Below are positions 24,720 through 36,797 of a stretch of 64,000 nt of DNA, piece by piece. Under the pieces are notes generated by a model. It ran no database searches. It was not told the DNA's origin and worked only from the letters and a program-made list of their open reading frames with translations. This stretch comes from Bispira polyomma (lineage: Eukaryota). The translations under genes and the position numbers were made by a program. The DNA lies in NCBI GenBank assembly GCA_965649765.1, contig OZ287756.1, positions 7,316,001 to 7,380,000 on the forward strand, read 5' to 3'. Position 1 is the first letter of the stretch; every line of letters begins with the position of its first letter.

Positions 24720-27338
24720 ATGCAGAGACGTTTCAGTTATCAACATGGAAGATCCAGAGGTGGTAGTTTTTCGGGGAGTCGTCATCAGGATTCCTCACCT
24801 GAAAGCCACGAGGTTTCCACTGACAGACAGGATGCAAGGAGTCGCCATTCTGATTCCTACTCCAGACATGATTCGGATTCTTCACGCCGGAGTCAGATAG
24901 GTTATAGCCAAAATGAGAGGAGTCACTGTTCTGATTCCTACTCCAGACGCGATTCGGGTTCTTCAAGCCGAAGTTATGCAGAGTATAGTCAGGATCAGAG
25001 GAGTCGATATCATGATTTCTATGCTTGTCCTACATACAGAGAAGAGAGTCCTCATTACGATTCTTCTCGACGCCGAAGTCACACAGAGTATAGTCAGGAT
25101 GAGAGGAGTCGACCGAATCAGTGGTTCCTAAACTGAGTGCGACCATGTCAGTTGCTTCAGTGCGCCCTAGCAGGTTAAGTGCAACCGCATCAGTGGCTCC
25201 GAAATCAAGTGCGGTCACGTCAGTTCCAAGTTCCAAGTCGAGTGCACACTCTGCGGAGATATCCTCTGCAGAGAGTACGAGTCATAGTGTCTCGACACTC
25301 AGAGTATTGGACAGTCGACCTGTGGAGCGATCCTCTACAGTTGTTACCCAGGAAGAGAGTTTACCATCAGGATCGGACAACCGTGGTAAGCGTAGGTCAC
25401 TGGAACCTAGATACTCTGGTGCACAGCCCAAAAAGATCAGACAAAATCAACCTTCATCCGCATATCAATCGTTTTCTGCAAAACCCTCAAAAAATGCCTG
25501 TTACATGGACAATTGTTCTATGAGAACAACACACCTTAGAAGGCATATGGTGGGGCGACATCTTCCAGCTTGTTGTGCCTTGCAGAGTGAGATGCCTCTG
25601 GACGACAGGATGAAACAGTTTGAGGAAGTCCTCATGAATATTAGTAGGCTAGTTGGCTGTGGGAACCTAGATGAGTTGTTGGACCTGGTTCGGGAAAAGG
25701 ACTGGTATCCAGCCGGTGAATTTTATGCACTGACTGATGGGGATAAAACATTGATAAACAATTTTCATATGTGGTTTACTGGACATCCCTTAACTATAGC
25801 GTCACGGATCAATCCTCCCAATCATGTGTCATCATTGGTTCAGTGGAGAGCTTTGAGTCATCTAATTAACTGTGTCGGTGAGGAAAGAGTACAGTGGTCT
25901 CGACCAAATTTTTTGGTGCAAGTAGACGCTGCGAATGTTCAGTCCGATGTGGAGGTGGTGCTTGCTGGGGATGACGTTAGACAATCAGGGGTGTCATCCA
26001 CTCCTGCTATTAAACCACCTTCTGAGCCAGAAGGTGAGGTTAGACAATCAGGGGTGTCATCCACTCCTGCTATTAGACAACCCTCTGAGCCAGAACGAAT
26101 GGATACAAGTGAACCAATCATTGGGGCGTCCTCAAGGGTAGAGGGAACGTCACCTGTGAAGCAGCTGGCCAGAGCAGAAGAGACCTCGTCTGCAGCCGTT
26201 GGCAGTCAAGGGAAGAAAACAGTTGAGAGTAAGGGGAAAGTAGAGGGGAAGTCACCTGTATTTGTTGTGCCAACGGTGTCTTACGCAAGCAAGGTGGCAG
26301 CCAAGGGAACAGCGGGAAGTGTGAAGGTGGTGGTTAAGGCCAAAGTAAGAAGGGCAAGACCAGGGAACATTGGGGTGCCTTATACCAAGGAGGAGAGAAG
26401 AGAGAGGGAGAAACACCAAAGGTTGAACATGATCAAAAAGAATGTATGTGGCAGGGGGTTGACATGTGGAGAGGGGGCCCTGGTAGTATATCCTCTGGGG
26501 GATTCCCATTTCCACATGGACACACTGCGTGAGAAGGCGAAGCAAAAAAAGCTTGGTAGAATATTGGAGGATGGCCCTATGCCTTCTGTTGCAGTGTGCC
26601 TTGAGGTGGCGTTTGTAATTTCTGTGACCAGGTTCCCTCCAAGGATGAGTTGGATTCTCTGAAAGAGGAAAAAGCTCTTTATTTTACTTTCAGAGTGCAC
26701 CCAAAGCAGGCTCATCGGGTTCTAGTCAAGGAAATGGACTGCATGAAAAGGTTGATCTCAAAAAGAGGGCCGTTGTCGTGGAATTGGTGAGATCGGTATT
26801 GACCTGGGTGGCTACCGCCGTGAGTATTTAAAGCAGCAGTGTGATCTATTGGCTGACTTTCTTCATTTTTACGTTGAAAAGCAGCTTTGGGCGAAGGTGT
26901 TAGTTATTCACTGTCGCGATGCTAGCTACTCCACCAAAGCCAGTAACCATTGCCTGAAGGTTATGCAGGTGGAGCTGCCTCAGTTTCACAGGCAGTCTTA
27001 CCGGATCCACAGGCATTGCTACAATGGGGGGATGGAGGAAAAGGAGGAATGGTTAAGACGGTTTCCGCGGGTGATGTTTGGGTTCACAGCAATACTTCTC
27101 TGTGATACTAGACATAATGAGCTTGAGGAAGTGGTCCGAACATTACCACTCGACCGGATTCTTCTAGAGACTGATTCTCCGCATCTTTTGGCGCCTGTCC
27201 ATCAGGAGGAGAATTTCAACACCCCTTACGGACTGGTGGAGGTAGCCTCCAGAGTGGCCGAATTAAAAACAGTTACCTCTTCCGGAAGTTCTGTCGGTCA
27301 CACACCGCAACACCAAAAATCTGTACGGTATAATTTAG
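24720..27338 (+). pseudogene. ORF3 of the Gypsy element: RS/S-rich region, C2H2-like zinc finger, C-terminal TatD (TATDN2-like) nuclease
   Basis: Across frameshifts at ~25110, ~26605, ~26770 and ~27265 the motifs DSHFH, CNFCD, RVHP, GIGEIGID, LVIHCRD, IHRHCYNG, FGFT, PLDRILLETDSP and the C-terminal EVLSVTHRNTKNLYGII* occur in TatD order. The TatD domain spans ~26489-27338. Confidence 0.9.
25976..26096 (+). repeat. 63-bp in-frame tandem duplication in ORF3
   Basis: VRQSGVSSTPAI(K/R)xPSEPE occurs twice. Confidence 0.9.
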
Positions 27339-27472
27339 GTAGGGGGAATCAATGTAGGTGTGCATTCACTTACATATTGATTCTCCATGTAGGTGCACAT
27401 TCACTTACATACTCTATCAATAGGTGTAGTTTCACTTGTTGTAAAGCCGTACGAGGGAGTATTTTTCACGAC

Positions 27473-27481
27473 AGGGAGGAA
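27473..27481 (+). promoter_or_regulatory. Polypurine tract
   Basis: AGGGAGGAA directly abuts the 3' LTR TG. Confidence 0.8.
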
Positions 27482-27815
27482 TGTTGTGAAGTCGTCGTCT
27501 TCCTAGCCGTGGATCTGCTGCAAACGAGACTGGTTATAAAGTCGTCGTTCGCATAGCCGTAAAACTGCCGCGAACGAGACCGGAAGTGATATCCCGAGAG
27601 CGACCGTTACCGCGAACATTTTGAATACAGACAGTTGTATACTGGGACAACAAATAAACATTATGAACAGTTTATCGGTGTCATAAAGTGACACGAACAT
27701 TGTGTGAACCTCACCTGTGACAGTCGTGACATAAAGTGGCACAGACACTGTGGACTACAGCTGTCTTAAGGAGACAGTCACCACAGATAGTTACAGGTAG
27801 GCAGCAATCACAATA
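27482..27815 (+). repeat. 3' LTR
   Basis: Direct copy of 16632-16965, followed by the ATAT target duplication. Confidence 0.95.
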
Positions 27816-28911
27816 ATATCAACAACAATTCGTCAATGTATGTTCACTATTATAAATTATTATCCTTTTCATACTTGGTTTGCCATTTTGCTAAAGTAAT
27901 CTTTTGTCTAATCTATATCTCGCTAGCATTACAAAACATTGGAGGTCTGTGCGCACAATAGGAACACGGTCCATATAGATGTTTTATGAGTTTCTAGGGA
28001 AGCAATTAAGTGGGAGCTTTTCGTGGTACTTATAATGGCTCAAGTAGGATGTCACACTCACACCTTCAAAGACAAGGCATGTTACCATTCTCAATTAATT
28101 TGAAAAATTAGACTTTAGGCACATTATAGGGCTAATGGCACCATGACTGTTTATATGCCAGACATAAGCAGAGTATTGTCTCCTATATGGCCACAATCAT
28201 TAGGGTTTCTGCAATAGTTGCTACACTGACTTCCACAGATTGCATCTTCTTTTAGAGTTTTTTTTGTGACTCGAATCACATCAACGTAGCTGTATTTGTG
28301 AACTCACACTTCATATGATACCCTGAGAAAATTTTGATATGCTTGCACACCACATTAATCTAGTTGTCACCAGGTGCCAATACTATATAGCAGTACAAGT
28401 TCAGTAATTTACAAAAATAGTGTTTACATAACCAGGTAATTGCAGTGTGATGATGGCATTAACTGACAAATCTGAGGTGGTTGTTGAGTGAGCTTGTAAC
28501 TCCTGAAGTGAGAGAAATTACCCAAAGCCATATATTGAGAAAACATCTTTAAATTAGAAAGGTGGCTTGTCTAACAGAACAGATTTTGAATGGATGCCCC
28601 TGTTTCAATAACACTAAAATATTTTATAATTAATACATTTGATGGAATATTTATCAAATTAAATTATCTTTTATACCATAATTGTATAGAAAACACCATA
28701 CAAAAAATACCCTTGTTTTGTTTCTTAAAATATAAATTCTTCAAAGGCATGAATTTGTTATTTCACTGCAATTAAATGGAATGGCTTCAGTTGGAGTAGG
28801 GTATTTTAATAAAGATAATGTATTAATGTGGCTATTGTGCAATAATATAGCATATTTATTATGGGAGTAATAGTTAGGCTCAAGGGCTGTTAATGGTTTT
28901 TATTTTTATTT

Positions 28912-29142
28912 TAATTTGGATATTTAACGTCCACTCTAGTACCTGTTTTAAGTTATATTGGGACGAGTAATTGGAAACACTGGAGGAAACACTGCATACA
29001 GTTGATCAAGGTTCTGCACTGAAACCAGTGGTCCACAGTAAGGAACTACCACCTTTCCCACATAAGCATCAACAGGATTCGAACTCACGCCGTCCAGAGG
29101 TGAGAGACCAGTGATTGTGAAGCACAATGCTTGCTAACCATT
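28912..29142 (-). mobile_element. SINE, second family
   Basis: B box GAGTTCGAATCC on the minus strand. Paralog of 7036-7240. Confidence 0.7.
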
Positions 29143-29869
29143 ATTATATAGGGTTGTTTTAAGCTATTTCATATGCCTACACAATTCACAGAGTGCTTAA
29201 AAAACTGTATAAAAATTATTGTATTGTATTGTGACGTCACACTGTCTTAAGATATACGCAGAAAACTATATTTGTGAAGAAATCTCAGAAAACACTTTCT
29301 GTTGTAACATATAAGCAAATATGAAGACAGTATGTACAGCAATGATGTACATAAACCATCTGCATGGTCAATATTATTGTATAATACTGAGCCAAAACGT
29401 TCAATATTTGCCAAAGTTACATTGCAACAACATACAGCATTGATGTATATAAAATGTGACGTCAGAGGTGAGCTGTTAATGGTTTAGCCTTTTTATTTCT
29501 GCCCGGCAAACTCGGAATTACAGTATTTTGGAATATAAATAAATCGTTGCTAACCAAGTTATAACGCCCGCCTATCTAATATTAATATCTCACATTGACA
29601 TATTTTACAAGTGATTATAAATTCCTACTGGCAATGTTAATTTGATTTCACATTTTAGGAAAGTAAACTATGCAGAGTAAATACATTTCAATGAATTCTT
29701 TAGAAATAAGATAATATAAATTAGTAGTATTTTATTTCAGTAAGATATTCCATTTATAGAGCATTTAATATCCACAAAAAATAATGAGGTTACACCCCAT
29801 TGACCAATATATCATCTAATATGAAATAGATAGTCAATAGCAACTTTTTAACAGTACTATCTATTGGAT

Positions 29870-30108
29870 GTTCCAAAAAACAAGAGCAAGGACATTTGCT
29901 GACCGTAGTTTTAGTGTATTTAGGCCAAAGTCATGGAACTCTCTTCTAGACTACCTCAGAAAAACGGACAGCCATAACCTATTCAGAAAACAGCTAAAAA
30001 CTCATTTATTTCAGAAAGCATTTTTGTAAAGCGCCACAATTTTTCTCAAGTACCAGTTAAGTGCTATATAAGATATTTATTATTATATATTATTATATTA
30101 TTATTATA
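29870..30108 (+). mobile_element. L2-like LINE 3' fragment
   Basis: RTFADRSFSV..WNSL..LKTHLFQKAF and a (TAT)n tail. Confidence 0.7.
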
Positions 30109-32848
30109 GCAACTTATTTAATTGGTTGTCAATCAAACCACATTATCTATTGTCTGTAACAATAAATACTGTGGCTTTAAAAACCTGGCTTTGATGTCCC
30201 TCTGACGTCATACTACGTGTGCATTAGTCATATTGGAGGAATAAAGTTATTTTGCCATTGTAATCTTTCGTCTAATCCATATCTCGCAAGAATTACAAAA
30301 CATTGGAGGTCTATACACACGATAGGAACAAGGTCCATACAGAAGTTTTATGATTTACTATTAAGTGGGAGCTTTTTGTGGTACTTCTTATGGCTCAAAT
30401 AGGATGTCACACACACCTCCACAGACAGAGCATGCCCCCTTTCTCTATTACTTAGCTACCTTTGAAGCATCAAACTAATGAGAAAGTGACTGTCTGTGCC
30501 ATACACACACCAAGTATTGCCACCTCTATATTAGTTAAATAGCCAGAAGCATTAGGGTTTCTGCAATAGTTCCTACATTTACTTGCATAGATTGCATATT
30601 CTTTTTGAGATGAATTTATTGTTATATTTACATTATCTTGAAAAATACCCTAAAATGAACTTGTCATATGCTTACGCACTACATTGATCTATTTGTCACA
30701 TGTGGCCAATATTATATAGCAGCACAATGTCAGTAATTTACAGAAATTCTGTTTGCATAAGCAGTTTGATGATGTCTTTAACTGACAAGTCTGAGGTGGA
30801 TGTTAAGTTAGTTTGTAACTTCTGAAGTGAGAGAAATTACCCAAAACCATATATTGAGCAAAAAAGTCATTATATTGGACAGGTGGCTTGCCTATAAATG
30901 TTCAACCAATTTGATACACAATTAATTATCTGTATATCAGCATACTCTTATTTTGTTTCTGAAAAGAAAAATTCTTCTAAAGAATGAATTTGTATTTTGC
31001 GATGTTATAATGTTGGACTATATTAACAAAATGCCTAACTGTATTTAATGGGGTGGTCAGACTGAACACTTTCATGTTTATGTTCGCTTTGTTTTAAACG
31101 TAAGCAAATGGAAATAAACGAAGTAAAATTTGGGATACATAACAAAAAATCAATGTATTGGCCGATTTGTACGCGTTTGTACCGTAAGCCACGTTTTAAA
31201 CTATGTCAGCTACTTTTCTAAACATGTTTCCATCTCGTTCTACTCATTTATGTTTTGGTCATACTAGTTATTTTACTCGTTTTTGTTTTGGTCATACTAG
31301 TTATTTGTTGTTGTGTTGAAATATGCTTGCTTAAAGAAAATCTGAGCTTAAAGAATTAGAAAGCATACAATTTAAAAAAAAAATGTATATGCTTATATAT
31401 TTTTTTCCTATTGTATAGTAGGAATAAATACCAAACTGATAATCTTATTTTAGAACGTTGAACATTCAGAGTAAATCTATAGTGTAAATTTGTGGTACTT
31501 TATTTCAGCTATAATTTAAACTTACTGAGTATTTAATATTTACATTTAACTATTCCAGAAAAATTATCAATGCTTCTACACCGAATTTAGAATGTACACA
31601 GTGAATAGCAACTAATTTAACAACATTAACAAAGCCCCATTATCTATTGTCTGTAACAATAATTCCTTTATCCTGCTTTAGTATAAATACTGTGGCTTAT
31701 TTAATACCATTAAAGCTCCATTATCTATTGTCTGTAACAATGATTCATTTGTACTGCTCTAGTAAAAATACTGTGGCTTTAAAAACCTGGCTTTGATGTC
31801 ACTCTGACGTCATACTATGTATTCATTAGTCATAATGGAGAAATAAAGTCACATGTAAAAATACTGCAGAGTATTTTTTTGTGTTTTCAGATGTTTTGTT
31901 ATTGTAAAAGCTGTTAGTGTTCATCCACACTGTAAACTCCATGTTTTTTAGGACTAATGTATAGATTCATATTTGCGATGATGGGTCATGCATTAGTGTG
32001 GAGGGAACTCATCGATTTAATATGACAAATTGACTCCCAAAGCTTATACAAATGGTATTATATTGGCTGCTTATTTGATATAATTGGTTAAACTAAGCAG
32101 AGTAAGTACAGTTGTAATAACACATTATTTCCATTGAAAAAAGATTTATAAATACAACTGTTATCTTTAAAATATAGCAGTTATTTCTGGTGCAATTCCA
32201 CCACAAAACATATATAAATTATGAAGTTCATCTTTATTGAATTTATAATTTGCAGCAGCTACAAATGCAAGGTAGCGGGAAGGGGCTACCAAGGTCAGTG
32301 CTTCAACAAGTATACTAGCATGTATCCATTGACCAATTGACCTGAATTCTCATTGGTCTGCACTGCCCTCATTTCCCCTAGCTTACCGCCAAAACCCCAG
32401 ATGCCTCACTTGAAAAACTGAAACTGAAGTGGCGAGATGCCATCTTAAAAAATATAACAAAAATATTATGTGCCGGACTTTTTACATGGATTTTAGTGAT
32501 TTTAGTTCTTATTTTATAGCTTTATTCTACTGAATTGGGACGATTGTGCTTATGGATCCAGTGTAGCAGTGCTCCTGTGTCTACTCTGTTTTGAGTCTTG
32601 CGATCATTGGCTTCACTTGTTGGAGCAAAAGTAGAGGAAAATTATCAGGCCATTCATTCTAACTTATATCAAACATTTATTCAAAATTCGGACAAATTAC
32701 CTCTTACCAATAGTCGCACGTATCAAAACAGCCTTATTCTATATCTGCACCCAGAAAAACTTACGATTGTGAGGCGTGTGGTGGACATCACCAAAAGCCT
32801 ATAAATGATAAATGCAAAGTCGAGAGAAAGGAAACGGACACTATTTCC

Positions 32849-33699
32849 ATGGTGAACAGTACAAACTCAGGTGGTGTCTCTACAAACGAGATCAACCTAC
32901 TAATATTAAAACAGCTAAGTGATCTGAGCTCCAGGATGGACATATATGAACTTAAAAGCAATACGGAGCCAGCTCGTGAACAGACAACGGTGCAACATAT
33001 ACCAGTGTCAGTACAAGCAAGAACAGTAGCAGGCGCTGGGTCAACTTAATTGAATGACATAGTGGTTCCTTCACTTCAGACGCTCAGGCAGTCCAGTGAT
33101 CTTCAGGCTGCAGTTGATGCCCGCCTGAGGGAATTACAACAAGTTAACGAATCAGGTACGTTTCGCTCACAACGTGGCGGTTCAGATACTATTTGGGTTA
33201 AAAGACAGGTAGCCTGGCCCCAGAACTTTATTTTAGGGGTAACAATAAGTCTCGCTTGTCATATGACTCACTATGAATGGCCCAATGGGTCGCAGGTTTT
33301 AGTGCCATGATTAAAGAAGAAGCAAATTTAGAAACAAAAAACCAAATGCTCGAATACATGTCAGAGCTAATGGAGGATTCTCACGATTTCTCTTGGTCAG
33401 CAGCTAAGGGAAGTCACGCCATATTAACATGTAAAATGGAAGAGGGAAAAATAACTTGGGCAGATACTGCAAAAATTTATCATGTTAGAAGGGCACATGC
33501 CCAGAAAATTTTAGTGGGTCAAACTGGGTCCATGGGCTCAACCAAGAAAAGTAGTGAGAAATCCGTCCCCTGTAAATTTTTTCAGAATGGCACTTGTCCC
33601 CAAAAAGGAGACCATGAAAACAAAGGGCAATTATACACACATGTGTGTGCCAATTGCTTCACCACAGGTTGCTCTTTCCCACAGCTTTGCAGTGCCTAA
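32849..33699 (+). pseudogene. ORF1 (gag-like) of the YR retrotransposon
   Basis: Fragments 32849-33049, 33050-33310 and 33277-33699, ending in CKFFQNGTCPQKGDH...HVCANC. Confidence 0.75.
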
Positions 33700-33730
33700 A
33701 AGTAAACCTTCAGGTCCTGACAGTAAATGT

Positions 33731-36700
33731 AATCTAAGCTAATCTAATCGTACTTTTATAGCGCTTAATCTTTGTACAACAAATTCTAAGGCGCAACTAA
33801 CCTAAGCATTAATCAAAACAATCAGAAATGGGGGACGGATGGTGGTCATAACCAGAGAGACTACCGGGATGGTTGCGATGGCTAAGGTGGAAAGGCCTGT
33901 TTGAAAAGGTAGGCCTTTAGTTTACTCCCAAAAGAGGAGAACGTTTGAGCCAAGCGAACATGATCAGGCAGGCTGTTCCATATGAAGGGGCTATCATGAG
34001 CAAGGCAATGATTGAAATGTACTTTGGATTTGTGGATGCGAGGGTCGAAAGTGGGAATGTTAAGATATAACTTATCAGGGTTACTGCGCCTAGTCCTCAC
34101 TGAGCATGTATATTTGGATAGATGGGGGCTGAAATAGGTGGGTGATCCAGAATTTAGAAATTTGTATATAATTGTTGCAACACGATATTTTATTGGGAGC
34201 CAGTGGAGTGACTTAAGTACAGGAGTAATATGAGAAAATTTAGAAGTTTTGGCCACGATGCGAGCCAATGAGTGTTGAACGTTCTGAAGACGTTTGAGGT
34301 CACTACAAGATAGGGAACGGAACAGAGAGTTGCAGTAATCAAGCCTACTGCTGACCAAGGCGTTGGCAACAGTGATTGCAGTGGATTTGGTTAGATAACG
34401 CCTAATTCGCCTGAAATCACGGAGGCCAACAAAACATGATCTACACACAGATGCAACATGGTTGGAGAAGGAGAATTCAGAGTCAAACAACACACCCAGG
34501 TTGCGTACTTTGTCAGCTGGGAAAAGCCTGCTGCCAAGAATATCAACTGGGAAACAGCTGGACAGTTTTTCCCGTTGCAACTTGGAGCCAAACAAAATAA
34601 ACTCGGTCTTATCAGGGTTCAGCTTGAGTTTATTTGCTGCCATCCAGTGTTGTACATCGACAAGGCAGTTCTGTAAGGAGGTGAAAGCTGCCTGGGCAGA
34701 ATCTAGTGGAAGGTGGATGTACAATTGGGTATCATCCGCATAGAAGTGGAAGTTTATGTTTTTGTATGCAGCAATGATCTTGCTGAGTGGGGTGGTATAC
34801 ATTGAGAACAAAATAGAACCCTGGGGAACCCCAAATTTTAACCATGTAGGGTCGGACAAGATGGTGCCAATTTTGACTGATTGGAATGTATCAGACAAAT
34901 ATGCCGTGAACCATTTAAGTGCAGTACCGTTGATACCAAACCAAGACGATAGGCACTCAAGAAGAACTTTGTGATCAATAGTATCAAATGCCGCCGACAG
35001 ATCCAGCAGTACTAAGGCAGTAGGCATACCTTTAGATAAAGATATATGAACGTCATTTTTGATGCAGAGTAGTGCAGTCTCTGTAGAATGACCACTTCTG
35101 TACGCTGACTGATACTTATTGCATAGATTACTAACGTCGAGTTGTTGTTTGATCTGTAAGGCGACCACACGTTCAACCAACTTAGAGATATAGCAAAGGC
35201 TTGAGACAGGACGGTAGTTTTTCAAGTCAGCCTTTGGGAGAGAAGATTTTTTTATTAAAGGAGTGACAATGGCTTTTTTTAAATCATTTGGAAAGACGCC
35301 ATTGACCAATGAGAGGTTAACAAGTTTGGTGATTGAGGGCAATAAAATGTCAATACATTCCTTAACAAGAAATGTAGGCCACGGATCTAACAAGCAAGAT
35401 TTTACGGGTGATGTAATTATAATTTTTCTGACCTCATCAACAGTTACTGTGGAGAAACGGTTGAAGATGGTTGGTGGAGCTGATGGTAAAGGAGCATTTG
35501 GGGCAGCTGATGTAAAACTATCACGGATTCTGGTAATTTTATCAGTAAAAAAAGTACTAAAAATGTTTGCCAGTGATTTACTATTGCTGTTGTCGGGTAG
35601 TATAGTCTGTTTTTTCCGGTGTAGGGTGCTGTTTAATTTCTCCCAGAGTTTCTTTGAGTCACCCTCGCTTTCTGTGATCATGTTGGTGTAGTATTCACGT
35701 TTGGCATCATTGATGGTGTTATTGCACCTGGTGATGCATTGGCGTAGTCGCAACCTGTTTGCGGTAGTTTTGTTTCGGCGCCATGTCCGTTCATCTTCTC
35801 TACACAGCATCTTCAACTCCCGGTACCTACCAGTGATCCACTCAGGTGCAGGCTTCTTCAATGTCTTAGACTTACACGGAGCATGGCGTTCTAGGAGAGA
35901 TTGTAGGTCGGCACAGTACTGCGTGTATAGATCCGTTGCATTATCAGCAGGAGACTTGACGAAGGCCGTATCGGCCAACTCTCGTCTGAGGTCTGACATA
36001 TTTATTTTTTGAAATTGACGAAAAGTGATTTGTGTGACAGCAAAAGATTGCGGGGAGGGAGCATCAAGTTCGTAGGATATTGAGAAATGATCGCTGATGC
36101 AACCAATGTTTTTTATATTTCTGATACCATTGAAATCAGTAGGAGTTAGCAGGCAGTCTAGTGTATGCCCATGAATATGGATAGGGAAGTTTATGTGTTG
36201 GATAAGGTTGCAAGATTCCAGAACAGTAGAGAAGCGATTACTATTACTAGATGCGGTGTCCATGTGGATATTGAAATCACCACAGAATATAGTAGGAGAG
36301 GGTAATGAGCAAGTGAACCCGACAAAAGAGATGAATTCTTCGAAAAATGTGGTGAGATTTAAACCAGGAGGTCGATAAACTGTTGCAAAATTTAAACAAT
36401 AGTTCTTCCAGTGAGCAGAGACAAGGATGAGTTCAAAGGATATAAAACTAGGTGCAGCAACTAACTGACATTCATAGTTCTTTTTTTCATAATTCATAGT
36501 TCCCACCCCCCCACCCTGTTTTCCTACACGAGGGTTATGGAATAGCTGAAAGTCAGCTGGTGTAAGGTCAGAGAGGAAAGATGGAGTATCGTAACTCCTA
36601 ATATGTGTTTCTGTGATGCCAAAAATATCTATAGAAGACGAGTCGATCAAATCGGCTATGACAGGGCCTTTATTCCGCAACGAGCGGGCATTTCCAAATC

Positions 36701-36790
36701 CGAACTGAATTGGGCCAGGGTTACTCGCGATATCACCTGCCAGTAGGATAGTAATGTTAAAAGTTTTAAAAACACAGAAAGTGTTAACAC
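33731..36790 (-). mobile_element. 5'-truncated L2/CR1-group LINE inserted antisense into the YR element
   Basis: (GATTA)n-like tail at 33731-33749. AAATGT repeated at 33725-33730 and 36791-36796. Removing the LINE rejoins the YR sequence. Confidence 0.9.
33882..36790 (-). CDS. LINE ORF2: 2A-like peptide, AP endonuclease, reverse transcriptase
   Basis: Stop-free reading frame with GDIASNPGP, NARSL, GITET, GDFN, SDH, LDLSAAFD, YADD and LHWLP. The part of the ORF-track call above 36790 is flanking YR sequence. Confidence 0.9.
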
Positions 36791-36797
36791 AAATGTC

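Larger units (their letters stand above)
16632..27815 (+). mobile_element. Full-length Ty3/Gypsy LTR retrotransposon (HhH-gag, pol, TatD-bearing ORF3), mutationally inactivated copy
   Basis: Two 334-bp direct LTRs. ATAT target duplication (16628-16631 / 27816-27819). PBS-like TGG after the 5' LTR and a purine tract before the 3' LTR. Pol order is PR-RT-RH-IN. The flanks rejoin into the host repeat seen uninterrupted near 46100-46170. Confidence 0.97.

Noticed and set aside
25121-26662. ORF3 as an envelope gene
   Set aside because: No signal peptide, furin/fusion peptide or transmembrane anchor is visible. It ends in a nuclease domain.
18002-27338. Bacterial contamination or operon suggested by ComEA-like and TatD-like domains
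   Set aside because: Both lie inside paired LTRs with gag/pol, in DNA full of animal SINEs and LINEs. The TatD motifs look like eukaryotic TATDN2.
27270-27556. C-terminal extension of the 26849..27556 ORF
   Set aside because: Artefact of a frameshift in the A-run at ~27265. The TatD C-terminus is in another frame and ends at 27338, and the extension runs into the LTR.
34391-36378. Short overlapping ORFs within the LINE
   Set aside because: Shadow frames of LINE ORF2.
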